A stretch of DNA of 59,259 nucleotides, counting the filler, from Dirinaria sp. TL-2023a (lineage: Eukaryota), in the NCBI GenBank assembly GCA_051941275.1. It is 6 parts of 6 records of this genome, joined end to end, with 100 filler letters (N's around TTAATTAATTAA, not from the genome) between each part and the next. Parts side by side here need not be neighbours in the genome. Positions count along the whole stretch, not along the records: positions 1 to 9,832 come from JAVEBF010001001.1; positions 9,933 to 19,735 come from JAVEBF010001002.1; 4 more parts are not named here. One strand, written 5' to 3'. This document shows positions 1 to 11,205 of this stretch, in pieces. Position 1 is the stretch's first letter. Every line of letters starts with the position of its first letter. The notes beneath the pieces are model-generated. The model ran no database searches. It saw only the letters and a program-made list of their open reading frames with translations, and was not told where the DNA came from. The translations under genes were made by a program, and so were the position numbers.

Positions 1-331
1 AGTGATTGAGCTGGGTTTGAAGGAATTTACTGAGGTATGGCGGAGAAGATAAGAGGAGGGATTGAGGAACGCGTGGGGGGACTGATTGATATCGCTTCGC
101 GGCTCTGGCAATGTCAATTGCATCCCAGGATTTGGACGAACGAACGAACGAAGAGCTAGGGAAAAGGGGATTTAATAGATCGGAATGAGGAAAAGAGGGG
201 TTTCTTTCCATAGATATCGAGAACGATTGGTGCACTTACCAAGGTAACCTAGTAACTCATCATAGCATTCATTAGAAGGCATTACAATCCAAAACTAAGG
301 TCGCGTATATATACTGTACAACATTGCCTTT

Positions 332-2286
332 TCAAGCCCGTCCCCACCGTCTCCAAAACCTCCACCCATCACCTTCCTCATCTTTTCTCTTCGCCCTTTT
401 CCCACCCCTGACTCTGAGCGCATACACAGGGACGCCGAGGCTCACGAAGCCAAGCACCACAAGCGTCTGCACGGGCTGGGCAAACACGCCTCTCGAGATC
501 AAAAACAGGCTCACGCAGCAAAAGATGATCGGCGTGCTGATCCAGGTGCGGTACGGCCGCTCCAGGAACGGTTCCCGGACGCGCAGCACGATGAGGCCGA
601 GCACGGTCAGGAAATAGAACGTGTACCCGGCCACGCCGTAGAAGGTGATCAGCGTGCCGAACTCGCCCACGACGATGTACGCGCACGTGAGCACCGCGTT
701 GAACACCATCGCGTTGATGGGCGTGAACCCCAACCCCCCGTCCTCGTCCCCGATCACCCGCATCAGGCGTCTCTGCACCCAGCTCCGTTGCCGCACCCGG
801 TTCCCCACTTCCACGGTCCCCGGTATCCCGATCCGGCCCAGCACTTCGGGGAGGAAGCCTTCTTTGCCCGCCGCGTAGACGAGTCGGCCGGATGTGAAGG
901 TCGCGGCGTTTAGAGCGCCGAAGCAAGAAGCTGCGACCACGAGGGCGAGGAAGAGAGAGCCGAGGGAGCCGAAGACCCGCGCACCGAAGGAGACGGCTAC
1001 CGTGTTCGAGGTCGCGATTAAAGGGAGCGGGAGCACGAAGATGTAGGATATGTTGGCGAGCAGGTAGGATGTGATGACGAGCGGCATGGCGGTGTGGATG
1101 ACGCGGGGGAGATCGCGGTGGGGATCGAGGAATTCGCCGGTTACGTAGTTGGTCTGCTGGACGTTAGCTTTTTTTCCCTTTACCAAGATTGGTCTGGAGC
1201 TGAGTATAATGGAGAAATGAAGGGCAGGTGAAATGAAAGGGGTTCATTTACGTTATCCCAACCATCATACGCCCACAAACCAGCATACAGCGCGACGGCC
1301 CAACTCGAAGCACTCGAGCTCGTGCCCTCAAACCAGCTCTGCGTCTTCCAATCCTCGTTCGGCGTCCCCTTCCACGAGAACCCCGTAGCAGCAACCACGA
1401 TCCCTACAACCGTGATCCCAAAAAGCGCGACGAATTTCAAAAACATCAAAACATCACCCATCCGCGTTGCCAACCTCGTCGAGAGACAATTCAGCAGCGT
1501 CACCAGTGCCAGCCCCGCCAGCGCAACGCCTTTATTGATCCACGCGCTTACACTCTCCGACTCTGGCCCCACCGCTGCACGCACCATATATTCGCCGAAA
1601 ATAATCGCGATGATAGCCGCCCCACCAGGCTTAAGGACAATCACAGCACACCACGTGAACAGGAACCCAACCAGCTCGCCAAAGATCTTGGAGAGATACA
1701 CCTGCGCGCCGCCGTTGAGAGGGATCGCGCCCCCGAGCTCCGCATAGCTGGCTGCCCCCGTCCACGCTAGCACCCCGGCCACAACCCAGACGATCAGCGC
1801 CGCCCCTGGAGATCCCGCGTTGGTGTTCACCTGTGCTGGCGACGAGAATATCCCTGACCCGATTATCAATCCTATTATTAACGATAGTCCATTTAGATAC
1901 GTGAGCGATTTCCGCTTTTCGAGGTTCACCGCCTGCAGGTCGCCTGTTGTCCCCGGTAGGCCGCCGAGAGCGGTGTAACCCGCTGCTGCGGTGGAGGACA
2001 AGGGAAATAGGTTCGAAGCGAAGTCGAAGGCGGAGGAGATCGAGTAGGACCGGTTGTGGGGATTGGGTCGAGGGGTGGTTTCATTGTTGTTGTTGTCGGT
2101 TGTTGTAAGTGGGTCTTCGTTGGAGAAAGAGAGTCTGCGTGACGAATTGAGGCCTGATGCTGATGAGGAGGTGGTGGAGCGCCGGGATGTGCTGGGAGTT
2201 GAGGATGCCAGAGAGGCTAATTCAAGAGAGTCACGAGGGGGGTGCGAGGATGGAGGATGCAGGTTCGAGTAGCCAGCGCGGGACAT
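332..2286 (-). CDS. APC-superfamily L-type amino-acid transporter (LAT/MUP1-like permease); 2 exons, intron about 1154-1251
   Basis: Motifs GLIIGSGIFSSP, LAWTGAASYAELG, LWAYDGWDN|TNYVTGE and RPYRTW. GTAAAT donor at 1251, GCTAAC branch point and CAG acceptor join the two ORFs in frame. Confidence 0.92.
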
Positions 2287-2650
2287 TTGGGAGGGCTGTT
2301 TTGTCAAAGTGCAAAGGAGAGGATCATGATGTCGTTGAGCTCGTCATTAATGAGTAAGGGAAAGCTACCAAAAGAGCGTGCAATATTAACTAGTCGAGCT
2401 TAGACTATGGGAAAAATGTGATTATTTGAACCCTTCCTTACTTTCCTCACACTGGATTCGCGCCAGAGCCGCGGTCTTGAAAAATAGCCGCGTGCGGCCA
2501 GCGTTTGCTGTTTCGGGATTAGCTCAGGTATCTAAATACCGTATCTACATTCTTGAATTACTGGTTGGCATTTTGCTTCTGCTTACCGTACACTGCGTCA
2601 CACAGCAATTGTCCGGAGGTCGGGGCCACACATGTAGTCGTGTGAAGCAA

Positions 2651-3817
2651 ATGCTCAAAACTTTGTGGTCGCGCAGATGCCATAAGTTAGACCCGTTGAT
2701 CAGCAGACTTCCATTGAGGCGCCACGGTGGATTTTATATCCGGAACTTCGCTACACAATTACCGGCTGCAACGCACAATGAGACCCTACGGAAGCGCAGA
2801 TACTGGCTGTATGGAGCATGCTTAGCATCTGGCTTCGCAGCTTCGCTTTTCTATCTTTGGTATAGAGACGATGAGGCGAATGGAGCTTTGAACCCTCACG
2901 ATTTCACGTCCTACAGACTTGTATCGAGAGAAGCGGTGTCATCAACTAGTAGCCTATTCGTTCTCCGGCCCCATGTAGGTGAACGTACTTCAGAAGTTTA
3001 TGACAATGCCTGGCGAAACGGAGTATGGAGTGTTCAGATAAAACAACCCCAATTGCAGATCGCGAGATCCTACACTCCGCTTCCGCCATTGGATACGTCT
3101 GACCGTTCTAATCTGGCCGACCTTCGTCTTCTTATCCGTAAACATCCCGGCGGGGAAGTGTCTGACTACCTACATAAGCTTGCTCTGAACGCCGAGGTCG
3201 AGCTTAGAGGGCCTCGAACGGAGTATGAGATTCCGGAGCAAGTTAAGGAATTGGTTTTCTTGGCTGGTGGAACCGGAATAGCGCCGGCTTTGCAGATGGC
3301 GCATAGTTTACTGGATCGCTCATTCCCAAACGATCCTTTGCGACCAAGAATCCGTATTCTCTGGGCAAACAGAAAGGCAGAAGATGCTATAGGTCAGTCG
3401 TTGGAGCCTCAACAGTCAGGGATTTGGTGGAGATCATGGTTTGGCACCGCTAGTGAGCTACACGTGCAGCCTATGAGCGCCGAAGAGCCCCCTCGTTCTA
3501 GCTTTGCAGCTGCGCTCAATTCTTTGAAATCTAAGTACCAAGACAGACTGCGAATTGACTATTACATCGATGAGCAGAAGACTTTCATTGACGAGGACGT
3601 AGTCAAGAAGTGTTTGGACAACGGTGATGCGGAAACCGCCTCAATCTCCGAGCCAGCTCACAGCCATAGACGGCTATTGATTGTTTCTGGGCCCGAAGGC
3701 TTTGTAAATCATTTCGCAGGACCTAAGGTCTGGAGTGGCGGAGAGGAGGTTCAAGGACCCCCCGGCGGCCTCCTTCGAAGGCTCAATACTCGTGGCTGGG
3801 AAATCTGGAAGCTGTAA
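2651..3817 (+). CDS. CYC2: Mitochondrial FAD/NAD(P)-binding cytochrome b5 reductase-like flavoprotein (Cyc2-like)
   Basis: QIARSYTP flavin-binding motif, GEVSDYL, LAGGTGIAPALQ, VSGPEGF; basic N-terminus followed by one TM segment; first in-frame ATG at 2651. Confidence 0.8.
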   Translation: MLKTLWSRRCHKLDPLISRLPLRRHGGFYIRNFATQLPAATHNETLRKRRYWLYGACLASGFAASLFYLWYRDDEANGALNPHDFTSYRLVSREAVSSTSSLFVLRPHVGERTSEVYDNAWRNGVWSVQIKQPQLQIARSYTPLPPLDTSDRSNLADLRLLIRKHPGGEVSDYLHKLALNAEVELRGPRTEYEIPEQVKELVFLAGGTGIAPALQMAHSLLDRSFPNDPLRPRIRILWANRKAEDAIGQSLEPQQSGIWWRSWFGTASELHVQPMSAEEPPRSSFAAALNSLKSKYQDRLRIDYYIDEQKTFIDEDVVKKCLDNGDAETASISEPAHSHRRLLIVSGPEGFVNHFAGPKVWSGGEEVQGPPGGLLRRLNTRGWEIWKL

Positions 3818-3986
3818 ATGATATCGAAGCAGGCTGGAGATAGAACAGTTGTTTGAAGCGTTGGACTGATGACTCTGCTGTCAAACCATTTGGGTAGCTG
3901 TCGAAGGCCCCCTTTGAGGCTTCGAATCATAGCCGACGGTTGGATTGAGATGCGAGCATGGAGCGGGCTAACCTCCAGCTCGATGT

Positions 3987-5079
3987 TCATCTTTGAAGCA
4001 CCACAGAGCGTCCATTGCCTGCGCCGATGACTGGAATTTTCCTTCCAAGGATCTGCAATCTCTCGCCTTTTGCCATACATTGGCTAGGCCAATCCCTCCA
4101 AATGTGGCACGCGACCGAACCATTGTTCGAAATCGCTTTCGAAGCAATTCTTTGGGCCTGTACGAGGTCTGCAACCTCCATCACCACCATGTTCGAATCA
4201 ATGAGCTCCGCAATTTCAAGTAGCCGTGGATAGAAACTGTCTCCAATAGCCGAGTCGGACGGAGTATTCTCCGCTCGCTGTTGGGCTTTTAGGTGCTCTA
4301 GATCTGGAACAAGAGCTCTTTTGGGCTCATAGATTCTCACCGAGCGAGACGTATCCAAGTGAAAACTCTGTGGTGAGATGTACGGCGGATTGGATATGAG
4401 GATATCCCACTTTCCATGTGGGAGCCAATTCGAATCGAAAACATCAGCCTCTGCGAATCGAATTTGGGAGTCCGCTTCAGGTCGCAGATGTTCCCTTTCG
4501 ATACTGCGGCGTTTGTTGCGCCTTGCAAGTGCAATTCCTCTGTACGAGACATCAATACCAAGTATCTCTAGATTCGAGAAACGAGGAAAGAGCAATTGGT
4601 GCAGCAGAAGCGCGATACAGCCTGTACCAGTGCAGACGTCGAGGATTCGAAGCGGTTTAGAGGTCGACCATTTCTCGTCTCCCCACCATTCCGCAATGAC
4701 TCTCGCTGCGTGGTCGGTGTACATTTCTGTCTCCCATCTATAGGATCATCAGCCGCCAAAACATGAGCAATGAAGCGACACCTTTTTACCGCGGTATCAA
4801 AACCCCCGGCACACATTCTATATCCAGACTTCCAAAAGGCTGACTTCCAATGATATACTGAAGAGGCTTTCCTCTCCCTCTATCAATACAAAGTTGCTTC
4901 AAACTCTTGCTATTATTTCTACGTGAAGAGCCTGATGTAACAGTTGGCTCAGCATGCTCCCGTAGCCACCGAAGCTCATTGCGGGCTGAAGGGAGATCGC
5001 GGCAAGTGCGCAGTAAGTATGGCAGCAGAGGATTCTGTCTATGGGCCGAGAGTATAAATTTTGGTGCTAGACGTGGCAT
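3987..5079 (-). CDS. MTQ1: Mitochondrial HemK/PrmC release-factor glutamine methyltransferase; intron 4738-4789
   Basis: PLQYIIGSQPF, VLIPR|WETE, ILDVCTGTGCI (SAM-binding motif) and ISNPPYI. A phase-2 GT..AG intron joins the two ORFs. Confidence 0.9.
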
Positions 5080-5455
5080 TCAATGAACACGGTACACAGC
5101 AAGGATGGCCAGACAACTTTCAAAAAGCTGCCCAGGCTCGAACTAAAAGCTCAGATGGACTTATCGAAGTCTTGTACCTACATGTACCTTACGATTCTTT
5201 CCCTCCAAAAAGAGTAAGCTCTGACAATTTCCTGCCGAGGTGTTCGGGAGATCGACACTGCCAAGACGTCATACTACAGAAGTTAGTCAGAGAAAGTGAG
5301 CGAAGTCATGAATTACAGAACCTAAGGTAGCTCCATAGGTACAGTAAGATACTTTACCTTATGCTTCATGTTTGCTCCAAGTCAACATCGACCCTATCTT
5401 CATCATTTCTGGCCGATTCTTACCTGTAGCATTATGGTTTGACGACTCCACACCG

Positions 5456-6400
5456 ATGGCATCGCGATGCCTCAGACGAGTAAGGCCCTCTGCGATACGC
5501 TCCAGCTACAGCAAGCGACTCCGGTTCCTGCCGCTCCATCACACCTATGCAACTATTGAATACTGCCCATCGCCGACGTGCCCTTGCGCTGAAACTCCTG
5601 AACTCGAAATCGACCGCACAAAGTCTCTCAGGAATACAATCTCGCCTCATCGCTGTCATTTAGTGGTGCATACTGGGCGTGCTGATTGGGCAAAACGTAT
5701 AGAAGATGACGAACAAAAGCCTAACCTAGCAAAGGTTTTCAAAGCTCTATTGGGTCCCAAAGGCCCGTTTTATGATGTACGCAGCTTCGAAGCTTATCAG
5801 TACCCATCATTGAAATTGACTCTGATTTAGGCAACTTCCAATAGCGTGATGGTCACAAATTCTTCTGCGCAACCTGTGGGAACTGTCTCAATCTTTCCTG
5901 GCGGCAAAATATACAAGCTAGACAGTTACCCAGGTGCCGAATCGGACTTCATAAGATCCGTGTTGGTGCCGCAGAGTACAAGTTCCAAGCCTTCAGGTAG
6001 CCGGAAATCCAATGAGGAGAATGCAGAAGCGTACACCGATCCAGTGATTCTTATATGCGGCCACGGAACACGCGACAGCCGTTGCGGTGTACTTGGTCCG
6101 CTCCTCCGTGACGAATTTGTGCGGCAGGCGAATGAACACAGGGCGGCTCAGGTTTTAACAAGCCGTCCTGAGGTAGACATCGTTAGCCATGTCGGAGGGC
6201 ACGTCTTTGCAGGAAACGTCATTATCTATATTCCAGGCTCTTTTCTGCACCATGGTCTGTCTGGAAAGGTGATCTGGTATGGCAGAGTGGAACCAAAGCA
6301 TGTTGAAGGAATATTAAAGGAGACGATCGAAAACGGCAAAATCATAGAAGAACTCTTCCGAGGAGGTTTAGCAGAATCTGGCGATCCCATTTTCTTATGA
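5456..6400 (+). CDS. Sucrase/ferredoxin-like (thioredoxin-like 2Fe-2S) protein, Aim32/Apd1 family; intron 5777-5830
   Basis: ICGHGTRDSRCG and SHVGGHVFAGN (Cys2His2 ligands), WYGRVEPKHV; Arg/Ser-rich presequence-like N-terminus suggests the mitochondrial Aim32 type. Confidence 0.88.
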
Positions 6401-6951
6401 TTTCAATCTCTCGAGCATCACAGCGAAGGTTGGGTTGGAGCATTAGCCGGCAGGGCGCACTCCCCTCAGTTGATACTTTAGAAAGCATGGCGACGGCGCT
6501 TGTAGATAATGTCAGGTATCAATGATCAACTTTTGGAGGAATATGTGACGCGAGGCCAGCAAGCATGCTATGAGACTATCTTTTTATTCAATGATGATTT
6601 GACGTCCCAATATAGCAAAGTAAGTTCGGTGGGTCCAGGGGGTAGATAAGGTGAGGCTATTCAATTCTTCCACGTACCTTATTGTTGTGCCACAATTCCA
6701 GGGCTATCATAGGGTTGAATCATTCGACCAATGACGTCCTGCCTTACTAGCTGTTTGCACTTTGCGCGCAGCAAAATAGTGTGCTCGATCAGGAGTTTAA
6801 CAAGCTTTGAAGGCTTCGACCGCCATGAAGCTGGTGTTTCGATGACATAGCGAAGATTAGTCTTCAGAATGAATCTTGTACTCGCAGAATGGGTGCTATC
6901 AGCCGTTGAGCGTCATTGCTGACTCGATATGATTCTTTGAGAAGTTGAACG

Positions 6952-9832
6952 ATGGACTTCACAGACCCTCCCAGCGTGCCTGACGATACTGCTGCCATAA
7001 TCGTCAAGGCCGATGAGGTAGATGAATCTGGAGCTGACATATCAACCATTTCGCCCACTGACAACACGCCCTCTGAATTCGAGGCCCGCATTGAGACGCG
7101 GAGAGCACAAGATGCCCAAGTTGTTGGGACTCCCAGAGTCCTGGCCAATGCAGTTGCTAGTCCAGCAAAACCATCCACTCGTCCAATCCTAAGACGCGAA
7201 GGATCCGCTCCACCTCCGCCGCAGCAACCACCTCCACCTGCTCCTCCACAACAACGCGATGCAGGCGCTACTGACTCTTTGAGCTTACAGCAGCTGAGGC
7301 GCCTGGTGACTGACCTGCCGAAGCTAGAGCCTGTAGCTTACGCTTACAATTACGAAGATACGCGATCATTCCCGGAAGAGTTGGATGAATGGTTTCAATA
7401 TACAGAAGAAGAGCGGTACATGCTCTTACGAGCAAAACAGACCTTTGTCGAGAAGTGGGAGCAGGCACAAGCTACGCGCATTGATCCTACAGACAATGCT
7501 TTGGAGTGGACCGATGTTGAGGAAACAGCTCGAAAGCGCTTCATTGAGGGTGCATTGCAGGCGCTTGAAAACTCAGAGCCGGCCACCAGGATTGCGAGCC
7601 TTGAATGTATATCGTACATTGCGCTTGGAGCATGGGCGCATACTGCCGGTCTTGCGAGTGGCGGTGAGGACGGCGATATGGGTGTTGGCCCTGGTGATGG
7701 ACCGTATACCAAGTCTACGCTCCAGCTACAATGGATTCGCAAGGGGGCGGGTTTGCTTTCAGAAACAGGCGCCGCTCAGAAGCTACTAGTGGCTTTGAAA
7801 AGGCTTGCGGAAAATGAACAGTCAGTTAGTCCATTTGTACGTAGATTTACTTCTTGCGTCCTTTACTAAATTGTTTTTCTAGAGATAGTGATCTAATGTC
7901 ACCGAAAGATTTGACGAATGATGATGATTTGGCATTGTTAAGATTTAATCAGCAGTTAGAGATAAATCAGGTACTGACCGCATTGTACGTTTTGGTCGAA
8001 GTTGGTCGCTGGGAGAGTAGCGAATGCTCCCAGTTTGAGATTCAAGAGGCCATTGGTAAATTGAGATCACCAGTTTCATCCTTAGAATTTGCTAATGATA
8101 CTCTCTTCAAGCTTCTTTGCAACCCAGCCTCTTGAACTTTCTGACATATCTGGTGGCGAGACTTCGCTGGGACGAAGCATCCCAGATGCCGCTCCCACGA
8201 GTATGCTCCTATTTAATCTGTGGCTATCCCAGTACTGAGTTGATCAACAGGTCACTTTACTTTTATGGAAATCGACACTCCTATTGTTCGGAAACAGCAA
8301 AATATTGAATGAGAGGAAGAATGAACTCCGAGATCCTCCCGAAGACGACCCAGACCTTGATAGAGGTTTCATCGTGACATCACCTTTGGACTATCATTTG
8401 TTCCGTCAAGAGATCACGTCCAAATACCCGGCTTACAGCCCGCCTGCCCCCTTGCTTCCGATAGAATTGGAGAATAACTCGATACTTCCACCCCTTCCGA
8501 ACCATCCAAGCCGGCGCCCGAGTCATGACAGTCTGCACGCTAGATCCAGCGCTAGTACCAATGGAAATCCTGGTTCAATATTCAACCAGCCTGTGCACAT
8601 TGCGACTCCTGCGCCGTCACCGCCGCCTTCGCCCGCTGGCCCGGGAGGGAAAGTCGGCAAGAAGCAGAACTACCAGACTAATCAGAATTTCCCTTTCTTA
8701 TACCCGCCATTAGATGATACAAGTAATACAGTTGGCGGTAAAGGTAGTGCCGAGATACAGGATAAGCTCGTCGGGAAGCGATGGGAAGGGAGTGATGTAC
8801 CAGCATCCATACAGGAAGCTGGACAGTTGTTCGCAAGTAGAATGAGAATGTCACGACCGATGCGACAACTGTGGGAAGTTAGGGAAGACTTCATGAAATT
8901 TGAACGGGGATACCATGGGAACCCTATGAAAGATGAGACTGTCTCAATTCCCTCTGAATCTGATGATGACGAGGACCCAAAATCTTCAAGCTTTCCAGAA
9001 AACAATAACAAAGCCGCGCATGAGCCGAAAAGGATTCCTCATCCCACCCAGGACGGGTTGGAAGGTGTAGAAGAATACTACGTGAGTGTATAAATCTGCG
9101 ACTTAGATTTGACTGCTAAGAAAGTGTAGCGCAATTCTCTGCCGCATTTCCAGTCACTGATTGTTGTATTTTGGAAACTAGCAGTGTCCCACGTGTCGGC
9201 AATGGCTTCTCAGAACGGACCCAATGGCCAGGGTAATGGGGTATCATTTAGCGACGATAATTTAGATGGTCCTGGCAAACGCAAGCAGAATTCCAGTTCT
9301 CTGAATCTTAACGGGACCGAACATGGGCAGCTTGCTGAGAACGGAGACGGCACTGATCCAGAAGTGGAAGAGCTGAACGCTGTACGGACAAGAGAGATCA
9401 CTTTGAAGGCCATTGCAGGGACATTGATACAGTTGCTGAAGTGGTTTAAGTTGTCCCGTAAGTCTACTCGATAGTCCGAAACAGCGCGAAGAAGCTCTAA
9501 AAATCCGTCCAGACATCCTCAAATTCGAATACCTAACTCAGCTCCTCTTGGATTCCAACTATTTGCCTCTGATATTGAAACTGTTCGCTCATCAAGACGT
9601 CGACCGGGCAGTCGAGCAAAGAAACGACCGGGATGATCTCAAGTAAGTCAATATTTGTCTCTGCCTAAATTCCACCTTGTACTAAGCAACAACAAGTTTC
9701 TTCTCATTCTGCTGTTTGCACTCGACGAATTCCCCGCCATCCCCTCCTCAGCCATCACTATCCCCATCAGCCTCAAGCGAAGACGAAGCAGCGCCGCCAC
9801 CGATCCTCAAACACCGTCGCTCGCCATCATCC
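6952..9832 (+). CDS. Far11/STRIP1 (HAM-2/PRO22) STRIPAK subunit; multi-exon, 3' end cut off by the contig end
   Basis: TDSLSLQQLRRLV, YEDTRSFPEELDEWF, SPLDYHLFRQEITSKYP, KKQNYQTNQNFPFLYPP, VPASIQEAGQLF, LLKWFKLS and KFEYLTQLLLDSNYLPL across GT-AG introns. Confidence 0.9.
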
Positions 9833-9932
9833 NNNNNNNNNNNNNNNNNNNNNNNNNNNNNNNNNNNNNNNNNNNNTTAATTAATTAANNNNNNNNNNNN
9901 NNNNNNNNNNNNNNNNNNNNNNNNNNNNNNNN
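9833..9932. other. Artificial contig linker N44-TTAATTAATTAA-N44
   Basis: Identical 100-nt spacer occurs five times; the core gives stop codons in all six frames. Confidence 0.98.
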
Positions 9933-10294
9933 ACCCCTATCAGCAGCAACAGCAAGGCTATAATCAGCCACCCTATCAGTCTGACCCCAGCAACCAGTAC
10001 CCTCAGCATCAGCCTCAACAAGGTTACCAGGACCCAAACGCTCCCTACGATCCCAACGCTCCGGAAGGAGAAAGAGGGTTAGCGGGCGCAATAGCCGGCG
10101 GACTGGCCGGTAGGATGGCAGGGAATAAATACGGCAATCATGGCTTCCTCGGCATGATTGGGGGTGCTATCGCGGGTAGCAAATTGGAAGACAAGTTCAA
10201 AGAGAGACCACATCACAGCAGCCATGGCAGCCACCACGGGAGTCACCACGGAGGCAGCAGTTACGGCGGAAGCAGCTGGGGCGGAAAATGGTAG
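9933..10294 (+). CDS. 3' part of a Q/P/Y-rich protein with a glycine-zipper 2TM-like segment and His/Gly/Ser tail (5' end missing)
   Basis: Manual translation, absent from the ORF track: PYQQQQQGYNQPPY...PEGERGLAGAIAGGLAGRMAGNKYGNHGFLGMIGGAIAGSKLEDKFKERPHHSSHGSHHGSHHGGSSYGGSSWGGKW*. Confidence 0.8.
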
Positions 10295-11205
10295 AAGGAT
10301 TGAGTTGATGATTGAACGGCCGTGATTTGCAGGACTGGTTATTGCGTGATAAATTAGAAGGGTAATTCCCACACTGTTAGGTTAAGCCAGTAAGCAATAT
10401 CCGTCTAGGCTCATCGCATGTGTGGACCATCGATGACTTTGCTGGATTTGAAGTAAGCAAATCAGCGCTTGTGATTTCCAAGTGACTATGATGTTGGATT
10501 TCCCCACCAAAGGAGGATCACTGCCACATAGACAAATCGTGAAGACCGGATCAGTGCCATGAACAAGGAAAAGAAATAAGTAAACGCAAGATCCAAAACT
10601 AAATCTCCGTAGTACATTAGTTTGACGTATTCTCCTTTATGTTGGGTGTATACTCTGGTTTAATGCTTTGCGTATGGTCAGTCAAGCTTTCGATCAAGTG
10701 AGATCTATGATCATTGGCGCATGCATCGATGATCGAGATGTCACATGGAAAATGAGAATGTTTGCTGCGGGGCTGTCAGGCTTCCCTTACTTGGGACTAG
10801 CGTGAATAATGTCATGTCCAAAAGAGACTCATGTACCTTAACGCGTCGAGCGCGTCCAGACGTTCCATCACTCAAGCCACTCACTCAACAGACGATTGAA
10901 GAAAAAAGGGTCCTATTCTTCAGTGACGGAAATTCAACAAAAATGAGATGATTCTATCATGTCTACGTCAGAACCACTTGCAAGGCACGCCAATGATCAC
11001 TCATCGACCTTCCATAGCACTCTCCCAAGATACTTCTTGTACTTGATGTCGCCAAGTCTTACACCCTTGCTCTTTCCCCTTTTTCCTTCGTGCATGACCG
11101 CCGTCTTCCTTGTCTTCCCTTGCGGACTCTCGCTATCAGGTATCAACCTCTGCTGATATCAAGTGTCTCATTACACTCCTTCGTCTTCGCCATCAATTCA
11201 TCGCA

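Noticed and set aside
9877..9888. TTAATTAATTAA palindrome recurring about every 9.9 kb, considered as a biological repeat or CRISPR-like element
   Set aside because: Always embedded in N44 runs; it is a synthetic six-frame stop linker.
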